Part shown: piece after piece, positions 47,134 to 59,501 of the stretch
Layout: each line of letters starts with the position of its first letter
Position numbering within the stretch: the stretch's first letter is position 1
Assembly (NCBI GenBank): GCA_977017575.1
Contig: CDRNVI010000157.1
Location: 1-64,000, forward strand
DNA length: 64,000 nucleotides
Reading direction: 5' to 3'
DNA from: Paramoeba atlantica
Lineage: Eukaryota > Protista > Discosea
Made by a program: the position numbers and the translations under genes
Notes under the pieces: model-generated
The model's database searches: none
The model's input: the letters and a program-made list of their open reading frames with translations, nothing else
Told to the model about the DNA's origin: nothing

Positions 47134-47420
47134 AGAGAGCAGCGTCACACGGGATACTCTCGAAGGCGAATTCCATTGCTTGATTGGCGATTCAGGACGG
47201 CAAGTCCAAGAAGTTTACCGGAAGGCTAGTAGAATTTCTAAAAGTACAAGTACATCCGTTTGTTTCGTCAGGCCATCAATCGTATTCATTTTTCAGACTC
47301 TTCACGTGATGACTTGAAAGCTGCAGATTGCTCCGTGGTGGGAGGATAGAAATCATGTATTAAAAACACTGACTTCAAAAGAAAGGAAAAGTTATTGAAG
47401 TACTAAAAATCATAAGAAAC

Positions 47421-48214
47421 TTGGACCTAGTGGGAAGCACGTGGTTGTGCACAAAGCACTGCAGAAGAAGGTACAGCTCTATGGGGCCCTTGTTGCCGGG
47501 TAGAAGCCAACGAAGCGCGAAGCAGACCCTGATTTACATTGTGTTGTACGCCCGGGGTGGCCGCTACGCATCATCAGTAGAGGAGACAGAGCTGAGCGAG
47601 CGAACCGTTATTAAATTGCGCTAATGGTTGGACTCCATTATGGCTACAGCTCATGTGCGTCGACGAATTAGACTGCGCGCGCGAGTAAACTCTACGCAAT
47701 GCGACGAGACTTTTTTTTCTGTCCGAAAGAGGGGCGGATGTCATACCGCAAGGCGGGTTCGCCAAGCCGAGAGCCAAACAGTGCAGACAATAGCGGTTAC
47801 GACTAGAGATAATAAATTGACTGAGATCCTCATGGAACCTGCGGAGAATCGTACGGCCGATACCCTCATCCCGAATATCACGGAATTGGCTTCAGGAAGT
47901 CGTACCAAAATATGGACAGATGGAGCTCGACATAACTTTTCCTTTCGAGGTAAATACAAGTGGGAGAACGTGAACACAAACGACAGTGGGTTACAGCTCA
48001 AGGAGTTCGCACGAACACTGTAGAATGCGCTAATTCCATGGTTAACAAGCGTTTAAAGCGTGAAGGCAACGTTCTAGGTCACAAATCTGGAAACAGGGGG
48101 GACAGAATCCAAGCATTCACAGAGATTTGTACAAGAAGCTTGAAGCGAAATGGGGGCGATATATTGCTCCAATTATTGCAAAATATGGAGTATTGTATTT
48201 GCGTCCATTTGTAA
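47421..48214 (+). pseudogene. Merlin/IS1595-like transposase relic
   Basis: WLCTKHCRRRYS, ETELSERTV, QCDETFF, IWTDG, VNHKRQWV..TNTVE. One stop and one frameshift. Confidence 0.85.
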
Positions 48215-49143
48215 GAAGTTGTAAGCAAGTTGAAAGGCTCAAAGTTGATGAAGTATGAAAAAATTTTAGAAAAAAAGAAAAAGTGCGGAATTTGGTTCAG
48301 TTTAACCAAGAAATCTTAGGTCGTGTGATAATATATAAGAAAAGAAAGGCACCACAAAGCCCCCTTTACCCACGCCGCCCACCGTCCTGCTCCCCTGAGG
48401 CCGCTCTCAGCATCTGAGCGTTGCCGCGTTGGATGGCGACGCCAGTGGCCGTAATCTCAAGCGGGTAGAGGACCATCCCTCTCTCGTTTGCCATCTCCCC
48501 GTATCAGAAATGAATCGAACTCTATTTCTTAATATATTTTTTCAAAATCAAAGAATTTTTTCCTTTACTCTATTTATACCTATGGATTATTTTGTGAACG
48601 TGGATGGATGTCTTTCGAAGAAGTTTCTTATAGAAAAGCGCAAACGGTTGATTTCTACGTTGAAAGCAGATGGTGAGAAAATACAAACTTTATTTAGCAA
48701 TTTATGGGAAGATTATCTCCGTTCAACACGGACTGTCATGTTTAATGCAGGAGAAAGTATGATAGAGGGGATACAATGATACATGGCCAATGCTTTATCG
48801 AACAAAGAGAAGCGTTTTGCTCATTGCAGTACAGCGTATATGCCACTGCATTGTTTGCTAAGGGGGCTGAAGGAGTTCCTGTCTTCTGGGATAAGCACAA
48901 CAGTCGACTTATGTGGTTTTGCGATGCCAATGGGGCCATTCAATGGCATAAACCCACAAAACAATTTCAAATTTTGAGTCCTGATAGCGCAGAGTTAGGT
49001 AACGAAGAAGAATCGGACTCCAGCGAAGAGGGGTCGACCCTGTCGTTAAAAAAACAGTTATCAGTTTCAATTAAACCGGTTTCAATCAAAACAGTTTCAA
49101 TTAACCGGTACCTTCGCAAAATAATTTGTATAAATTATAAATA

Positions 49144-49462
49144 CTGTGACCCCCCCCTTTATACTTCGCCCATTTTGAGCAGTAACGAAGTATAAAGGGG
49201 GGTCTGAAATTTTGTCCCCGCTGCAAAAAAAATAGCGCGCCGCTTCGCGGCGCAGCTCATCCAGTTTTCCTGTCTTTCCTTTTATATCACCTTCCATTTC
49301 TAGAAGGGAAGGCTTAGAATGTTCTTGTTTTTTTTTAAACTTTTAAAAAAACTACAAAAAATTAAAAAAAAATCGTCCCCCCTTCGGGGGGGCGCACAAA
49401 AAACGAAGTACAAAGTATAAAGGGGGGGTCTGACCAGCGAAGTATAAAGGGGGGGGTCACAG
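49144..49462. mobile_element. 319-bp MITE, TA TSD
   Basis: TA|CTGTGACCCCCCCCTTTATACTTCG ... CGAAGTATAAAGGGGGGGGTCACAG|TA, with extra internal TIR copies. Confidence 0.9.
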
Positions 49463-49529
49463 TATAAATATAAATGCAAAAGTTTTATAATTTATATTTA
49501 TAAAAATTAATTAGCGGGGGTGTAATTGG

Positions 49530-50333
49530 GCGAAGGGGGACAGACGGAGTGCAACTTTAGTTGCGTCAATTTCATTGGACGGTAATCTTCTTGTTCCATT
49601 TATTATATGGAATAGAAAAGAGTCACACCACGGGGCCAAGGTGCAAACTTGTACTCAAGGGGTTCAGTACCAGACAGAAAACCACTACGTTTCAACCAAT
49701 GCTCTTTTGGAATATATTGATCGTGTTGTTCAGCCTTACTACATTAAAGTCACTGAAGAGCTGAAAATTAGCGGGAAACCCTTAATTCTTCTCTTAGATT
49801 GCTGCAGTGTACATGTTTCTCGCACGACCAACGAACAGATAATTTCTCAGTGTTGCTCAGGGGGGAAGTATTTTTGGTTGCGATTGGTTTATGTTCCAGC
49901 GGGGTGCACTTCGCTTTATCAACCTTGTGATGTTGGGTTTTTTAATCGACTGAAACCAAAGATCGTGAAGCATCGCACGATGTTAATACTGCAGTATTCC
50001 AGACAGCAACGCCAAAAAAGAGAACGCATAGGCACTTCTAAGGCCTTGGGCGCTAAAATTGCGAAAGGGCAACTATTAGAATGTGTCGAGAAGGCATACA
50101 AGGATATGGATGATCCGCTTTCCAAAAACGCAACCACATCTGCACGGGCTAAATGCGGAATCACGACCGAAACTCTTAAAGATTTAACAAATTCTTTCGA
50201 AGCCCAGACTCGTCGACGTGATATATTTTCCTATGTGGTGGAAGATGCAGATCAGTCAGAGCATGAGGATGCTCTGACTATGCCTGAAGAACTTGACTCA
50301 CAGCTTCAGATAGGTATTGGTATTCGTTTATAG
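49530..50333 (+). pseudogene. pogo/DDE_1 transposase C-terminal half
   Basis: ATLVASISLDG..LILLLDCCSVH..YVPAGCTSLYQPCDVGFF. The HTH and first D are missing. Confidence 0.85.
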
Positions 50334-52050
50334 TACATTACCTCTATGTGATTTCTTTTGGTCTAAAAAAAACTGTTAGAAAAAAAACGTTTGCAAACTT
50401 TTTTGCATACATACTGTACGTACTATGACCTCGGAGAGTCAATTAAATCAAGTAAACAGCATTGCGGACAAGGAAATGGATGCGAAACGCAAACGATACG
50501 ACTGGGGTTAGCTCAACATGTTAGCTGTCACGCGTTAGCTGAACGTGTTAGCTAAGAGTTGTTAGCTCAACTCTACGCGTAAGGAGCCTGATAAACGCTC
50601 AATCACCATTGAATCACCATTGAACCACCTTCCTTCGTCGGTGACCAAAGAAGACATAACAAAATATTACTCTCTGTATGGGACTATTGATTTTTTAACA
50701 ATCGCATCGAAGAAAAGCGCGCATCCAGCGTTTACTGTAAGGAAATAAAGAACAGAAACTAGAATTTCGCATGAAGTGTGTGAGAATACGTTTTGAAGTG
50801 CAAGTTAGCTTTGAATTTTTCCCAGTATAGTTTACAGATAATACCTGAGCCCACGGCCACAAAGGTTGTCTTCCGATCTCTTAGGAACAGAGAAATAGGT
50901 CCTCACCTATTTGGAGAACCATATTTATAGCGCTCTGCCGATTAAAATCACCAATGTCCCGCCAGATATGGTGCTTCACTTATTGTCTCTTATACCGGAG
51001 GGAACATGCACCCTTAAAACGCATAAACCTCGGACCCTTGTATACATGCAAAAGGTATTATAATGTAATGCATATTTTAGCCTGATGACGCATCATGTAA
51101 AATATTTACGTGGATAATAAAATACTTCTGCCCTTCTTTCACCATGTTTCAAACACCTAGAATTTCTAGGTAGGTTAATACGTTTCTTAGAAGAAAAAGA
51201 AACGTATGACTTCGGAAGACCGCAAACTGATCGGAGTTCTCCACAATCAATAAAATTTTCCCAAGCATTGTTGTGTTGCTGTTGTCTTGTTGCAGTTATC
51301 CAAGCCAACATGGAATTGCCTCAAAGTTGAAAGCAAATGCCTAAAACAATCGTGCATTGCGGGCCAGGAGGGTCGCTCCCAAACCATTGTTTCAGACAGA
51401 GGTCGTTTTCAAATCGATTCCCACTCTCTATATTTTAAACTATTCAATGTAGCTCTATAATGTTTTTCTTTTGTTCATAGCAACGTATTGGGCTATTTGG
51501 AATGTGTTTTTCACCGTTTCAGCATTCGTACGGTAGCGCTGCTACCATGGTAGCAATAATGTGTCCCTCCGCCGGTTTACTCCACATTGCTCAATACATA
51601 TTTTTACTTGCACTTATTACTAAGGAAAATAACATAGCAACGCTACACGTTTGCGAACGTTACATGTCTATGTATATCGGTATCCTCAATCAGGAGTCCC
51701 AAACGCAGTTTTTGAGAAAGAACATGGCTTTCCACCACTCCGCATAGCTTGAAATTCTTGGACAAATTAAGGTCTTCTAGTGTATTTGGGAGGCTTCTTA
51801 GAGTTAGAGTAGTTTGAAAAATTTACTACAATGTATCAATATTTCAAATTCGTCAAATAATTCAAATAACATAGTAAAGAATCGTAATTATAATGTTGAA
51901 CAAAACTTTTAAATCGAGGTGGTGCGTCAGGGAAAAGAGAAGGTGGTTTTAACGCAGAGCGCCAGGGTGTTATGGCGTTAGTTCATAGGGATTTGCTGGC
52001 GTTGCAGAACGGTATGTTTCATATTTCGTAAAATTGTGTCTTTGATATAA

Positions 52051-54382
52051 CATACCCTGGACGGTAATAGGTGGTAATTACCACATGCGTGGTAATAGGT
52101 GGTAATTACCACTTTTCTATTACCCAATTACCATGACAGAACGTGGGCTGAAATTTACATTCAGGAAAAAACCATATGTTTACAGAAACGGTATCTTTAG
52201 CTTTAGAGATCGCTTGCCTCTTTTCTCCATAATGCCCCCTTATGCTGTACTTTGACAAGTCTTGTAACAAGCAACACCTACAGGTATTGTATGGAATGCG
52301 ATGCAGTGACAAATAGCAAGTACTAATTTAAAAATTTACATGTATGAGTTTACAAAAGAAAAACAATAAGAAAATTATAGACTGACGGAAAAAAAACTAG
52401 GTAAACCTACATGTATTTATTATTTATGTATTTATTATGTATGTATGTATTATTATGTATGTATTTATTATGTGGTTATTGAATGTATTGAATACAACTT
52501 TGCTAAATATAATGTGTACGCTTCGACAAATTATTATCACGATCATAACATGACACGCCATCATGCTCGTCTGAAAAATCGAATTTCAAATATAAATAAA
52601 CTATGAATCGAACAAACAAAAAAGGGATAACTATCAGGGATATTTTAATTCATATGCTCAGCTCTGATTCGCTCGTATCTGTATCACTAGGCGAACCATC
52701 TAAATCTGGTACTGTTTCGACCCTGCTGGGACCAACATAATCCAATTTATTTAAATTACCGCGAATAAACATCTGCGTGGCGATTACATCGCTGTCCAGA
52801 GAAGCCTGACGTGGGTTGTATTTCCATCCCATTATGGAAAGAAGAGAATCGCACGCGGTGACTATGGGTGGGACCCACAAATAGTGCTGAGCGGCACAAA
52901 AAATTGAAGGAAACTGGACGGTGCCAACGTCTTCCCACCACTTCTACACCGAGGTATGCAACAAAGGTTTCCAGTGAAAAATTTTGCAACATACATGTGT
53001 ATATACGAACTCCACTCTTCCTCTGTAATGTGAAAAAGAGGTTGACCGCTTTGAAAAAGGTCGTTAGCAACTTCGACAGTGATAATTGGCCGTTCTTCCA
53101 CGCGGATACGTCGACTTGACAATATATGTTTCGGAGAAAAACTCATTACACCTTTCCAATAATACATGTAGGCTTTGTTTTCAAGTCGTTGTTTGTGCTT
53201 CTTCAGTGATTCCAATAGCGTTGTATTGCCATCCGTATTCTCTCCTTCTGCTATTAATCCCTGTATTATGGGGTAGGGAATTAAGGCCATTGGTTCATCT
53301 GGCATGTCAGACAATTGTTTTAGTGAATTATGAACAATATTCAAAATGTGTTAATATTTCATGCGCTTGGTTCATGAGCTCTTGAGTATCATGATCCCTT
53401 ATAATTTCGGCACATTTCTTGACTGATTCAGATGCACATCCCGAGTTGACTTCATCGGCAACAAAACGTACGATCGTTGGTAAATTTTCTTCGATGTACT
53501 TCAAACTTTCAAAATGTCCAATGCACCATCTTGTAGCCCCTCCCAATTTAGGGGCTGGAATTTTGTTCATACGTTTGGCGTGCTCAAGTGCTTCCAGAAC
53601 TAGCGGACCCTTTTCGACTAATTCAAGATGCTTTTCGTGGAGAGAGTCAGTTCCACGCAACGTCAAAAGCAGCGATCCCACGGGCTGCAAAGAAAGCGAA
53701 GAAAGTTTCTCTAGGGAACGGCAACAAAAAGGATGCAGATCCCTGACGATGATCCATTTCCTTAAAGCACAATTTCGAAGAAGTACTGTTAGTATTCTTG
53801 AAATCACACAAGACATAATAAAAATAACAGGATAAATCTCCGAATTTAAGCGGGTCCTCAACGTTCCCAGACTGAACTTTCTTCGTATTGTTTGAAATAT
53901 CAGTGACCTGTCTCAGTGTGGTCAAGCTTAATTGGCTTGGTCCATCAGCCACCCGCCGATTAACAGCATCGCGCTGTTCGTTGCTAATACGACGCGCTGC
54001 TCGCTTCCGAGACCTTGGAGTATTATCTGCCTCTTCTATGGTCATATCAGGATAGTAACTTGATTAATGAACAGTCTAAAGTAACTAACAGTTATGACTT
54101 TGATTAAAAGTATACGAGCGTGGGAAAAAGTATGGGGAATAGTAAGAAGTTGGATAAAAGGTACGAACGCCCTTACGTAGGTCCCAGAGGCACAATAACA
54201 TCGTATTTTGCGCCACAAGAAAGCAGAAACTCTGTATTAGTAGCGAAAAAAGCCCCCTGTATCACTTAGAACACAATTAGATAGGATAACGTAGGACTTT
54301 TTAGAAGTCACTCTGTAGACTAAAATATGTGGTAATAGGAGGTAATAGGAGGTAATTACCTCCTATTACCGTCCAGGGTATG
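52051..54382 (-). mobile_element. hAT-type element relic (2.3 kb)
   Basis: TIR CATACCCTGGACGGTAATAGG(T/A)GGTAATTACC. ATATAA is duplicated at 52045-52050 and 54383-54388. The fragmented ORF at ~52650-54045 has ATRW and a dimerisation-domain-like PPIVTACDSLLSIMG..R..L..IATQMFIRGN. Confidence 0.75.
52180..52198 (-). other. Spliced-leader-like motif AAAGATACCGTTTCTGTAA
   Basis: Identical to 5750 and 16818. In transposase sense, ~130 bp from the 3' TIR of the hAT relic. Confidence 0.5.
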
Positions 54383-54779
54383 ATATAATGAACACACACT
54401 GTTTTTCTTGAAAAGAAGTGACGGAACGGAGACGTGAACGTGTCTTCCAACACTTCGGATATGTGCTCCAATGGGCTTGGCAGAGTGAATTTGGCGGGAC
54501 GCATTACGTTGCGCCAACAGACACTTCTCTGCATATACTTCTGCCTATACTTCTGCGCGTACTTCTCTGCGCATACATGGATGGTTCCGTCAGCTCTTTG
54601 CACAACATAGCATTCGCAAATACTCTTATGTCTTCTTTGGAGATGAAACTGCAGTACTTGTGGATGGCGAAATACGTGTTAGTACGCTTGCGCAATTTGG
54701 AACGAAAACTACGAAAATTGCTGAAAACAACGGGCAAGAAACCGTAACTATTCTCTTGGCAGGATTACTTATAGGATTA

Positions 54780-56768
54780 CACCCCCGCCAAAAAGTATTG
54801 TCCACAAAAATGGCCGACACAAAAAGTATTGTATTTATTAGTATCGACCATTTTTTTGAGTTTTGACCAGAATTTTAGTTTTTTTCTCGAATTTTCCAGA
54901 AATTTACATAATGAGTTCTGATATACGCGGCCACTTGATCGTGGAGAGCGTCGTTTCAGAGCTTATCCAAGACGCAACTTCATCTCGAGGGCAGCTGAGT
55001 GATGATCACCGCGAATGGTTGTTCGCGCAGACCCGTGGAAACTTCAACCGCGACAACGTGAAGGTTACGTTCGAGAAAAAATTCAAGCGCAACGTTTCTG
55101 CCTCAACAATAAGTTTCTACAAAGGCTTGGACTCATTAAATAAAGTTGGAAATCGAGGTCGTGTCCCTATGCTTTCTCCATCTGAAAATGAACTTTTACT
55201 CAGTGCTTTTCTAAAGCTTCGAGAAACTGGAACTGCCGTACGTGCATCTTTAGTGGCGGGCGCCGCGCGTGGCATCAAAGAAAAGAGCACCCCAGGCTCT
55301 ACTACAATCGACGGTGGAAGGCTGAAATTTTCTGTCTCGTGGGCTAAGGAATGGATGCAGCAGAATGGAATACGTATTCTTCATGCTACTACTGATCGAA
55401 CGGTCACCCCAAAGCAGGTAGTGGACTCATCGGTTGGTTTTTTTTCTGACCTAGAAAAGTACAAAGGGCAAGTTTCTAAACCGTTTACATACAATGCTGA
55501 TGAATTTTTTGTCTGTCTCTCTCTTTCGGACAACGGTAGTTCTCAGAAATGGACTTGGGAAAGAATTCAAAAAGGAGAAAACCGAACTGTTGCGGTACGT
55601 TCTGATCGTGAGGGGTTCACTTGCACTGTTCTAACTAATGCTTCCGGTGATGTAAAGCTCATGCAATTCATCCACAAGGGCACTCAAAAGAAATTTGTTA
55701 ACGTAGGAGACGACCCTCGAGTGCTCCAATGTTCTCGTAAGGAGACGCACTTTCAAAGCCAGGAAACGTGGAAAGAATTTATGGACAAATTCATAGGTAT
55801 TTTGCAGGATGACCGAGAGTCGTCTAATCAATACAATGCCAAGGCTCTTTTAATCATTGATGAAGCTTCCCAGCACTCAAAAACAACGGAATGGCTCACT
55901 GAAAAAAATTGTGGTGTTCTCTTTATCCCTCCAAAAATGACGCACGTTTACCAACCTGCAGACCAATTTGTCATTTCCGGACTAAAGCAAAGAGCAAAGG
56001 CTCTGTACAATGACTATGTGTCTCGTCTGTTCGCCCGTAATTCTATTGATACTGCTGTCAAAAAGGCGACCGCCGTGTCGAAGCGTGTTTGTCGTGAAAA
56101 CAAGGTACTTTTTATTATCCAGGCAATGAATGAACTCCGTGCGCGTCAAGTAACTGCATCTTGGGATGTGACGGAAATTCCTCGTGTCCTCTTTGGAGAA
56201 ATTTGTACTCGCACGACGCGATTGGGTTCCTTCAAATCTCTGCTAGAGTCCTCTGATGCAAGCGAAATTGTTGTTACCGTATCTGAAAGCGAAGAAGAAA
56301 ACAATTCCCCAAACCTCAATGAAGGAACCTCAGTCGAAAAGAAACGCGGAAGGCCGCGGAAGCTTTCTGCGCAGGAAATTGAGGCACGCAGGGAAGCCAT
56401 CGAAAAATCAGAAGCCCGCCGTAAAGAGACACTTGGAATGTCGCGGAAGGCTAAGGCAAGATTTGAACAGGCTCGGAATATGGTTCCTCTCTCTCACTAC
56501 TTTAGCGTTGAGCAGTCAAAATCATTAAATTACTAATTCCATGGTGCTATTTTCATTGTGCTAATTTGTGCTATTTCTATGGTGCTAATTTCCATTCGAC
56601 CTGTTTTTGTGCTTCACTATACGTTTACAAGGATCCCATATGATAAAGTCCAACTTTTTGGAAGCCAGTAGCAACTCGTGGAAATCGACAAAAAGTATTG
56701 TATTTATTAGTATCGACCAAATATTCGTGGTCGATACTAATAAATTACAATACTTTTTGGCGGGGGTG
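54780..56768 (+). mobile_element. Intact pogo-like transposon (1989 bp)
   Basis: TA|CACCCCCGCCAAAAAGTATTGT ... ACAATACTTTTTGGCGGGGGTG|TA. The subterminal ~30-bp repeat AAAAAGTATTGTATTTATTAGTATCGACCA occurs at both ends. Confidence 0.95.
54911..56536 (+). CDS. pogo/DDE_1 transposase (541 aa), DD33D, C-terminal AT-hook
   Basis: CENP-B-type HTH (RGRVPML..KFSVSW), YNADE, LIIDEASQH, YQPADQ and KKRGRPRK. Confidence 0.93.
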   Translation: MSSDIRGHLIVESVVSELIQDATSSRGQLSDDHREWLFAQTRGNFNRDNVKVTFEKKFKRNVSASTISFYKGLDSLNKVGNRGRVPMLSPSENELLLSAFLKLRETGTAVRASLVAGAARGIKEKSTPGSTTIDGGRLKFSVSWAKEWMQQNGIRILHATTDRTVTPKQVVDSSVGFFSDLEKYKGQVSKPFTYNADEFFVCLSLSDNGSSQKWTWERIQKGENRTVAVRSDREGFTCTVLTNASGDVKLMQFIHKGTQKKFVNVGDDPRVLQCSRKETHFQSQETWKEFMDKFIGILQDDRESSNQYNAKALLIIDEASQHSKTTEWLTEKNCGVLFIPPKMTHVYQPADQFVISGLKQRAKALYNDYVSRLFARNSIDTAVKKATAVSKRVCRENKVLFIIQAMNELRARQVTASWDVTEIPRVLFGEICTRTTRLGSFKSLLESSDASEIVVTVSESEEENNSPNLNEGTSVEKKRGRPRKLSAQEIEARREAIEKSEARRKETLGMSRKAKARFEQARNMVPLSHYFSVEQSKSLNY

Positions 56769-58185
56769 TATTTATGTTTATTCCAAATACGTGCCACTAC
56801 CACCCGCGATTGTCTTCGAATGTCAAGTTGTGCTCCAATTGTCAAGTCAATTGTGTCCAATCGTCAAGTTGTGCTTCCACTGGATTATCGAATGCAGTTA
56901 TAGTCTTTGTATCGTCGTTATTAGGATGGGTCAAAAAGGACATTTTTTCTGAAACACATTCTGTCAAATTCTACAACGGTAGATGGGAATTTTTAAGGAC
57001 TCCTGATTACCTACCGCTATCGTAGTCGATGATTTTACAGCTCATCAGTGATTTACCGACGAATTGAGATATGCACGGCGTTCCAGGTGGGTGCACTTAT
57101 TTGATTCAACTGCATGATCTGTGCATTAGTCTACACTTCAAAGATGTTAAAAGCATCTTCTCAGTGCGTGGTGCTCTAATGCTCAGATACACCACCCCCT
57201 CCCCTTATTTACTATTTAGTACTTTGCCCCCCCTATTTAGAGTTTAATTTCAAATCTTCGTAAAGATTGGCGCCGCGAAGCGGTGCCTATTTTTCTTTTA
57301 CTGTAATATTGAGTACCGGGGGATAACGATTGTGGGTTTCACGTCGTAAACAAGTTGTATTGTCAACTGTTTTGCGGTAAGCGGAAGCATCAGTACTCGT
57401 AAACAACTTCTTGAGGGCTGGGAACCTTGTCTACGAGCAGAAAGAATCTCCAATGAAAAGATGTAAGAGCTACTAGACATGTTGGTAACCATAAATACAA
57501 TTTTATTGATTCGTACTTGTTTTCGTGTACTTGGGCTCTTGTGCGTGCATTCAGTTGACTTTATTTTTCCCTTGTAAATATTATTCCTCTTCAATCATTT
57601 TTCCCCTTCTTTTTTTCAATTTTTACCAGTTTTTCACGTATTTTTCATTCATATTCCGCTCCCCTACTTTAAGTCCCATACTTTAAGTTTTAATTAGTGT
57701 TTAATTTTGCTCAATTCTACTAAACACCTGTAGTTATTTATACTTGTAGTTATTTTGCCCCATTTCAAATGGTATGACCGCAACCCCATATTGTCTCTTA
57801 AATGCCCATCCCGTAATAACACCAGGGACTCTAACAGCGTCAGATACCCACTTTTTTTTGCTTATGATGCCCCTAGTTGTCTGTCACCTTTTTTCTTCAC
57901 CTTTTGCCAAAAAGGTCTTGAAACGATGCTTGTACTTTTTCAGTTTGAAAGTGAGCGGTCCTCGGCAGAATGGAATCTTCACAGGCGATAATGATGTCGT
58001 TTTTGTAACTTTTGCTTTTTCTAGTTTTTGGTAACAGAACCCCCTAGGTGAGGGTGTCCTCTTCGTACCCACACATTCTCCTACCCGTACATTCTCCTTT
58101 CATCTTGCCACTAGGGGTGACAGATTATCAGAAGATAGGAGGTAGTCTAGTTTTTATATTGGTGTCGGTCTTTAAAAAGACTACA

Positions 58186-59022
58186 CTATGTTGTTAACAG
58201 TGTAATGTTGGTGTTCTCTATCACAAACTCATCGCGCAGAATTTTGGGAAGAAGACTCTCTTTTATCTTTCCGGATAGGTTTACGTTGTGTGACAGATCA
58301 ATATGTTCTAGTGTATGGGGAAGGCGTCTCACATTAAGCTCCCCAGAAAAATTGTTGCCGTCAAGTCGGACAAATGATAATTTAGAAAGTTCGCTGAAAC
58401 AAAGCTCTCCGAATAACTGGTTCCCATCGAGACAAACACTTGTCAATGTTAACGGCAATTTCTTTAAGCATATTTCACCAGTAAATCGGTTACGAGAAAG
58501 CGTTAGAGTTTCCAATTTAGGAGGGAGAGCTGTCAAGTCCAATGTTCCGCTCAACTGATTCTCACGTAGACTCAACGTACGCAAATGGGACGGGAAAGTG
58601 TTAAGAGGCACTTTTCCTGAAAGCTTGTTCTCGCACACGTAAAGGGTGTATAGCGTTTTGGGTAAATAACCAAAATTCAACGAACCTGTTAGCTTTACAC
58701 GTATCATAGAGAGTGATAATTGTACATTTATCATAGACCAACTAATAGACGTTACCTCATTCGCTTCGTTACAACACACGCCATACCACTTACAAGCAGG
58801 GAGAGATACATTCCACGAGGGATGCCGATATTCAAGATTGTGTACAAGTTCTGCAAGTTCATATTCTTGTGGGAGATTCTTCATGCTTACTTTTCCTAGA
58901 CGTACTCCGTGCACGGACTTTGGTATTTCTTGAACTAAAGCAGAATCAGAAGTATGATTCGTCTTGCGACGCTTCGAGAGCGGTTCCAACGTGTCACGCA
59001 AGAATACTGCAGTAAACATCAT
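58186..59022 (-). CDS. LRR protein, subfamily of 25612 and 39449
   Basis: GKVSMKNLPQEYEL, CKWYGVCC cap and ~6 LRRs. Likely ATG at 59022. Confidence 0.9.
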   Translation of the reverse strand: MMFTAVFLRDTLEPLSKRRKTNHTSDSALVQEIPKSVHGVRLGKVSMKNLPQEYELAELVHNLEYRHPSWNVSLPACKWYGVCCNEANEVTSISWSMINVQLSLSMIRVKLTGSLNFGYLPKTLYTLYVCENKLSGKVPLNTFPSHLRTLSLRENQLSGTLDLTALPPKLETLTLSRNRFTGEICLKKLPLTLTSVCLDGNQLFGELCFSELSKLSFVRLDGNNFSGELNVRRLPHTLEHIDLSHNVNLSGKIKESLLPKILRDEFVIENTNITLLTT

Positions 59023-59501
59023 TGAAAACGTAAATTGAATAAATAACAAAAGAAAATGATCGAACGCTAATTCATCAAAACAGTTATACTGGACCCCCTT
59101 AGTTATCTGACATTACTTTTCGTGAAAAGATGACAAACATACTCATAAATTATATTGAGATATATAAATTATATTGAGTGAGTTAGGTGGTTACTTCTAT
59201 TCAGTAAGTTAAGTACGTTTTAAGTTCAACCTATGAATTTCAAGAACATTTATAGAACGATAAGCAGCAAATCCAATGACTGCAGCGAATATTATTTATT
59301 ACAAAACATTTTCAGAAACAAACAGCTTCAAAGTAATCTTAACTCCATGCTTCATGCATGTATTTTCTCATTGCTTCATACATGTACTTTCTCTACCATG
59401 ATCAAAAAAAGGAAACTGAAAATCAAAAATGAGAATGAAAATTTAAATTTTAATTTTCTGGATTTTCATTTTTGACCTGGGAAGTAGTGCTTCCTAAATC
59501 A

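Noticed and set aside
50400-52000. Possible decayed gene on the minus strand
   Set aside because: All frames are riddled with stops and show no motif I can identify.
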